Shown here one piece after another: positions 58,121-64,000 of a stretch of 64,000 nt of DNA. The notes beneath the pieces were generated by a model. That model was not told where the DNA came from, ran no database searches, and saw only the letters and a list, made by a program, of their open reading frames with translations. A program made the translations under genes and the position numbers. The stretch comes from Phycisphaerales bacterium (GTDB lineage: Bacteria; Planctomycetota; Phycisphaerae; WQYP01), in NCBI GenBank assembly GCA_027451365.1, contig DAIDJN010000040.1, positions 84,711-148,710 on the forward strand, read 5' to 3'. Every line of letters begins with the position of its first letter. Position 1 is the first letter of the stretch.

Positions 58121-58192
58121 CTCCGCGGGTAGGACTCGAACCTACAACAAATCGGTTAACAGCCGATTGCTCTACCATTGAGCTACCGCGGA
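58121..58192 (-). tRNA. tRNA-Asn(GTT)
   Basis: Minus strand TCCGCGGTAGCTCAATGGTAGAGCAATCGGCTGTTAACCGAT...GGTTCGAGTCCTACCCGCGGAG. Confidence 0.96.
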
Positions 58193-58434
58193 AAATGATT
58201 GGCGCGCTTATTTTCGGCGCTTCATGCTAGGTTACATAGTTGGCCGAAAGTGTCAAGCATCGCCCCGCATTTTTGGCGGTTTTTTGGCCGTAAACAGGAG
58301 GCGTGGTCGGGTGATTCCGGCAGCGTTTGCCAAAAGACCGCTCATTTGCTAAACTGCTGGGCTTGAATAGGGTGTCCTTGGGATGTTGAGTTACCGGACA
58401 CCTAGGTCTCGGAAACATTGTTTAAAGGTCAGGT

Positions 58435-58806
58435 ATGCCGACAATTAATCAGCTTATCCGCAATCCGCGTCGCAGTCTTAAGCGCATCAACAAGGTAAAG
58501 GACCTTGAAGCCTCGCCGCAGAAACGCGGAGTCTGTCTGATTGTCAAAACAATGACCCCCAAGAAGCCGAACTCGGCGTTGCGAAAAGTGGCGCGTGTGC
58601 GGCTTTCCAACGGCAAGGAAGTGACCGCCTATATCCCCGGCATCGACCACAACCTGCAGGAACACTCCATTGTGCTGGTGCGTGGCGGCCGGGTGCGCGA
58701 TCTTCCCGGCGTGCGTTACCATGTGGTACGCGGCGTGCTGGATTCCAGCGGCGTGGAAGCGCGTCGTCGGAGCCGGTCCAAATACGGTGCCAAGAAGCCG
58801 AAGTAA
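58435..58806 (+). CDS. rpsL: 30S ribosomal protein S12
   Basis: [23 protein letters not shown] and DLPGVRY. Confidence 0.99.
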   Translation: MPTINQLIRNPRRSLKRINKVKDLEASPQKRGVCLIVKTMTPKKPNSALRKVARVRLSNGKEVTAYIPGIDHNLQEHSIVLVRGGRVRDLPGVRYHVVRGVLDSSGVEARRRSRSKYGAKKPK

Positions 58807-58945
58807 TAATGAATTAAAAACGAGGCGGCCAAACTGGGCGCTGAAAACCAAACAACAGCCGCGGCTACGTATGGTTGCGGCAATCTGAAGCCTTCAAGTA
58901 TCCCGGACCCTTGTGGTTCGATACGGAGAAATGAAAGGGTAGCGT

Positions 58946-59422
58946 ATGGGTTCCAAATCTTTCACGGCGAGCTATTCGCATTTTAAACCAGATGGCGTTT
59001 ACAATTCGCTGGTGGTGGCCAAATTTATCAACTGCCTGATGTACGATGGAAAAAAATCCACCGCACAACGTGTGTTTTATGGTGCCATGGACATCATTGG
59101 CAAGAAAATGAAGGACGCCAAACCCATTGAAGTGTTTGATGCCGCCCTTAACAATGTCAAGCCGAATATTGAAACCCGGTCGCGCCGCGTCGGCGGCCAG
59201 AACTATCAGGTGCCAATGGCTGTCAGCCGCAAACGTCAGCAGAGTCTGGCGATCCGCTGGATTCTTGAAGCGGTCCGCTCCAAGGGTGGCAAGCCGATGT
59301 CCGAACGGCTGGCGGAAGAATTTATGGCGGCCAATCGCCGTGAAGGTGCCGCAATTCAGACCCGTGAAAACGTCCACAAAATGGCGGAAGCCAACCGCGC
59401 GTTCGCTCACTTTGCGTGGTAA
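58946..59422 (+). CDS. rpsG: 30S ribosomal protein S7
   Basis: DGKKS, SRRVGG..YQVP and HKMAEANRAFAHF. Confidence 0.99.
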   Translation: MGSKSFTASYSHFKPDGVYNSLVVAKFINCLMYDGKKSTAQRVFYGAMDIIGKKMKDAKPIEVFDAALNNVKPNIETRSRRVGGQNYQVPMAVSRKRQQSLAIRWILEAVRSKGGKPMSERLAEEFMAANRREGAAIQTRENVHKMAEANRAFAHFAW

Positions 59423-59491
59423 GTTTTTTGCCGCGGCTTGCGGACCGGTAATCCGCGAATGGATCCGTCGGACAACGATTGTAATTTTACG

Positions 59492-59520
59492 AGGCCCTGT
59501 TTTATACAGGGCCTTTTTTT
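59492..59520 (+). terminator. Rho-independent terminator after rpsG
   Basis: AGGCCCTGT-tttat-ACAGGGCCT followed by a T run. Confidence 0.9.
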
Positions 59521-59799
59521 GCGCCGGGTCAAATCTCAGAGTTGCGGAAACTGCGGACAAAGGACCGGATCGCGGATTTTGCGGATGGCGCGGCAAGAGA
59601 GGAAATAATCGCCAGGCGGTTTAAGTTGGTGTGGCGGATTTGTATACTTTGTTTATCATTACCTCTATTCTGGCGGCCAAGACTTGGACAACCGCTGATT
59701 CAACTGTGGTGCGGCACCGGGGCTGGAAAAAGCTACAGCCCCCATCGGCTGTGCCGGCGAGCGGGTTGCAGACAGAGACGGAAGAACGACGAGGTACCG

Positions 59800-61713
59800 A
59801 TGGCATTGAACCGAATGGTTGCGTTGATTGGTGTTTGTGCGGTGATCTGGTATGCGGCGTTGCCGCATGGCGTCGCCAGGGCGGATGCCGGACCAACTGC
59901 CAGCGGCAAAACGGTGCCGTGGCGGGCGGCCGTTGCGCCCCTGATGACGCGATGGGCCGCGCGGGTATCACCGGCGCACGCATGGGTGCATTATCCGCGG
60001 CCGCAAATGCGGCGCAGTGAATGGAAGAATTTAAATGGGCTGTGGAATTATGCCATAACCGCGCAGGCGGCTTCGCGGCCTGGTGCGTTTACAGGGCAAA
60101 TTCTGGTGCCGTATCCGTATCAATCGGCGCTTTCCGGAGTGATGCGGCCGCTTTCGCCGACGCATGCCATCTGGTATCACCGAACGTTTCAGGTACCGGC
60201 GGCGTGGCGGGGACGTCATATCCTGCTTCATTTTGATGCCTGTGCCTGGAGGGCGAGCATTTATTTGAATGGTCGGCTGATTGCATCGCACCAGGGGAGC
60301 TATAGCGGGTTTACGGTGGATGTGACTTCATCGCTTGATGGACAAAAATCGCAGAGTCTGCTGGTAAAGGTTTGGAACCCGGTGGGGCTGAAAATCGAAC
60401 CCCGGGGCAAGCAGGTGATGCGTGCACACGGAATGTTCTTTTCTGCCTGCACCGGTTTATGGGGTACGGTGTGGCTCGAGCCAGTTCCAGCGAGGCACAT
60501 CCGACACCTGATTATTACGCCAGATGTGTCACGTCATGCGGTTCTGGTGCGCGTGGCGACAACGCCAGTGTCACCGCCTGCGGAAGTGCGGGCGGCGGTT
60601 TATCGGGGCAAGCGTCTGATCGCTCAAGTAACGGCACGCGCCGGATCGGTTTTGCGCATTGGAATTCCGCACCCTGCATTATGGAGTCCTGCTCACCCAG
60701 AATTATATCAGTTGCGCGTCGAACTGATGATCGGTGGGAAGCGGCATGATCGGGTGGCCAGCTATTTTGGAATGCGTTCAGTTACACTGGGACCCGGGCC
60801 GGACGGTAAAATGCGGATTCTGCTGAATGGTAAGCCGATTTTTGAACGCGGGGCACTTTACCAAGGCTATTGGCCGGATGGGCTATACACGCCGCCGACC
60901 GATGCGGCTATGCGTTTTGACCTTCGGACCGCCAAAGCGATGGGCTTTAATCTGCTGCGGGTGCATCAGATTGTTGAGCCGCAGCGATTTTATTACTGGG
61001 CTGATCGGTTGGGCCTGTTGGTCTGGCAGGACATGCCCGCGGCGTGGCCCCCGGTGCACCCGGAGGCACGGGCCGCGATTCGGCGACAGGTGATGGCTTC
61101 GCGACATTGGTGGCCGGCGAACGGGCCGCAGACCGCCGCGCAGAAGTTGGAATATGTGGCGGAATTAAAAGCGGTGATTCGCCAGAATCGCAATCATCCG
61201 AGTATTGTTGTATGGACGTTATTTAATGAAGGCTGGGGGCAACACGACACCGGTCTTTTGACTGCCTTGATTCAGAAACTGGATCCTTCGCGACTGGTTG
61301 ATGATGCAAGCGGCTGGTTTGACCGGGGCGCGGGAAATATAATTGAAACACATCATTACCCGGATCCGCAATCTGCAGCGGCTACGGAAAGCCGCGCTGC
61401 AACCTGCGGTGAATTCGGCGGGATACCACTTGCTGTGCCTGGGCATTACTGGCCGGGGCCCGGCCGGGTGCCATCGTTGGTCATTAAGCCAGGCGAAAGG
61501 GCGCGGCTGTTAAAGCGTTATCAGCACTATTGGGCGGAAGTTCGGCAGCTTCGCAAAAGTCGGGATATGTGTGCGGCGGTTTATACGGAATTAATGGATC
61601 AGCAGCAGGAAGCATGCGGTCTCATGACGTTTGACCGTAAGATTATCAAGTTTCCGCTGGCCTCCATACGCGCCGTCACGACCGGCCGCACGCTCCGGAC
61701 ATCGCAGAAATAA
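59800..61713 (+). CDS. Secreted GH2 glycoside hydrolase
   Basis: GAGG RBS, signal peptide, YPRPQM, LNGLW, QGYWPDGLYT, LVWQDMP, FNEGWGQ and GEFGG. Confidence 0.9.
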   Translation: MALNRMVALIGVCAVIWYAALPHGVARADAGPTASGKTVPWRAAVAPLMTRWAARVSPAHAWVHYPRPQMRRSEWKNLNGLWNYAITAQAASRPGAFTGQILVPYPYQSALSGVMRPLSPTHAIWYHRTFQVPAAWRGRHILLHFDACAWRASIYLNGRLIASHQGSYSGFTVDVTSSLDGQKSQSLLVKVWNPVGLKIEPRGKQVMRAHGMFFSACTGLWGTVWLEPVPARHIRHLIITPDVSRHAVLVRVATTPVSPPAEVRAAVYRGKRLIAQVTARAGSVLRIGIPHPALWSPAHPELYQLRVELMIGGKRHDRVASYFGMRSVTLGPGPDGKMRILLNGKPIFERGALYQGYWPDGLYTPPTDAAMRFDLRTAKAMGFNLLRVHQIVEPQRFYYWADRLGLLVWQDMPAAWPPVHPEARAAIRRQVMASRHWWPANGPQTAAQKLEYVAELKAVIRQNRNHPSIVVWTLFNEGWGQHDTGLLTALIQKLDPSRLVDDASGWFDRGAGNIIETHHYPDPQSAAATESRAATCGEFGGIPLAVPGHYWPGPGRVPSLVIKPGERARLLKRYQHYWAEVRQLRKSRDMCAAVYTELMDQQQEACGLMTFDRKIIKFPLASIRAVTTGRTLRTSQK

Positions 61714-61967
61714 GGTACTGGCAAGATTGCCGGGCTGGGAAGCGGCAAACAGCCGCAGCAACCGCGGGCATGCCCGCTTGGTTAGCTTCGCGGTCGGCAG
61801 CATGCCTGCGGGGGGGGGCTGGCTTTGGTCTGGATGGGTGGCCGACGGCCTTGGCGCGGGTTAAGGGTACCCGGATCGCGGAATGGCGAAAAAAAGTGAT
61901 CAGAGGCGGCCAAAAACATGCCAAAATGCAGGTGCGGCGTCGCCGGAAGAGCCTCTTACGGGCTTAC

Positions 61968-62237
61968 TTGACATGTCCGTAGGGATGCCATATAACTAAC
62001 CCCTCAAGACGGCAAAAGGAAGCCGTAAAGGGCGTTCAAGCCGGTTGCTCAACATCTTAATGAATGTTAGCAGTAGGTTTTTTTCCGCAGTGTTGCGAAA
62101 CGATGAACGCTCTGTTATAATTCCTTGAAGGTCATCTCCACGGCGGAGTTAACCGGAAGCCTGTTTGGTCTAGAAGCCAAATAAAATTCTGGGAAACTTT
62201 TACGCGGGCTTGACAGTCACAATTTTGTGGCTATATT
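61968..62237 (+). promoter_or_regulatory. Three tandem sigma70-type rRNA promoters
   Basis: TTGACA(61968)-17-TATAAC, TTGCGA(62093)-17-TATAAT and TTGACA(62210)-16-TATATT. Confidence 0.8.
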
Positions 62238-62572
62238 GATAAACCCTTGATGTTGGTTTAAGTGAAAAGCCGACATTAAGAAGGCGAAAAGGAAATGAGA
62301 GTGACGGGTATGAAGCCCGGCACTGACTATCCGACACAGTGAACAAACGTCGGAGCTTAACAGGAGTTGCGGTTGCCAAACCTACAAACGGTGGCAAGCG
62401 ACAGATAAACTCTACCGAAACGGATTCCCGCCAACGGGGCCATCGGTGAGAACTGTGGCCCAAACCGAATATTTACGACTTTTATAGATGCCAGCACACG
62501 CTTAGTGGCGGATGCATTTTGCACCTGAGAACTAAGTGAGTGCCGATGTCTGAATTGTTTTGAACATTCGGG

Positions 62573-62586
62573 CTCTTTGACAAGTG
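62573..62586 (+). promoter_or_regulatory. rrn antitermination boxA
   Basis: GCTCTTTGACAA matches the boxA consensus GCTCTTTAACAA. Confidence 0.75.
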
Positions 62587-62894
62587 AAGATTGCGTGATG
62601 TGGTTCACAAACTCCACATAAATTAAGCACGCCATGCAAGCATATGGTGCTAATCTCTTCCCAGGGGTGAGTGCCAGTGTGGAAGATGGTGTGCGTCAAA
62701 AAGCGCAAAATCTACGGTATACAGTCGAATCATTGCGACTGTATCACCAAACCAGAGTTACTCAAAGTTACTTTCAGGTGGCTTGATCGTTCCGTTGGCT
62801 TCGGCGCTGACGGGGCATACTTGAGACTTTCCAGTTTTTGTTTGTACCGCTTATGCGGGGATAAATGAGAAGTGGGACGGTTGAAAGTCAATGT

Positions 62895-64000
<1,106 letters not shown>

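Noticed and set aside
59542..59799. N-terminal extension of the GH2 ORF
   Set aside because: The RBS and signal peptide indicate a start at ATG 59800.

Overview
This is a moderately GC-rich bacterial chromosome segment, most likely Planctomycetota and probably Phycisphaerae-like. That assignment is an inference from the 23S rRNA gene lacking a linked 16S, a PEP-CTERM protein, a vWA/ExbBD/BatA cluster and the RpsL sequence. Most of the window is housekeeping and carbohydrate metabolism: lptD-like, xseA, glycogen debranching enzyme, M42 peptidase, mdh, dusB-GT9-maf-rhaM, radA, a GH10/GH115/GH3 xylan cluster, ahcY-sahR, metH, rpsL-rpsG, GH2, tRNA-Thr, tRNA-Asn and the 5' part of 23S rRNA. The standout region is a ~4.5 kb accessory/defence islet at ~38.07-42.53 kb. 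It holds a decaying Phd-PIN pair, a CONVERGENT AbiEii-type nucleotidyltransferase/AbiEi-type antitoxin pair, a hidden metallophosphoesterase pseudogene, a wHTH-PD-(D/E)XK nuclease and an IS3 scar. It also holds an array of three long palindromes that share the core ATTATATATAAT at an exact 123-bp period but have different, self-complementary arms. A second candidate is an unannotated ~195-nt rod-like ncRNA next to tRNA-Asn. All calls are by motif recognition; no database searches were run.
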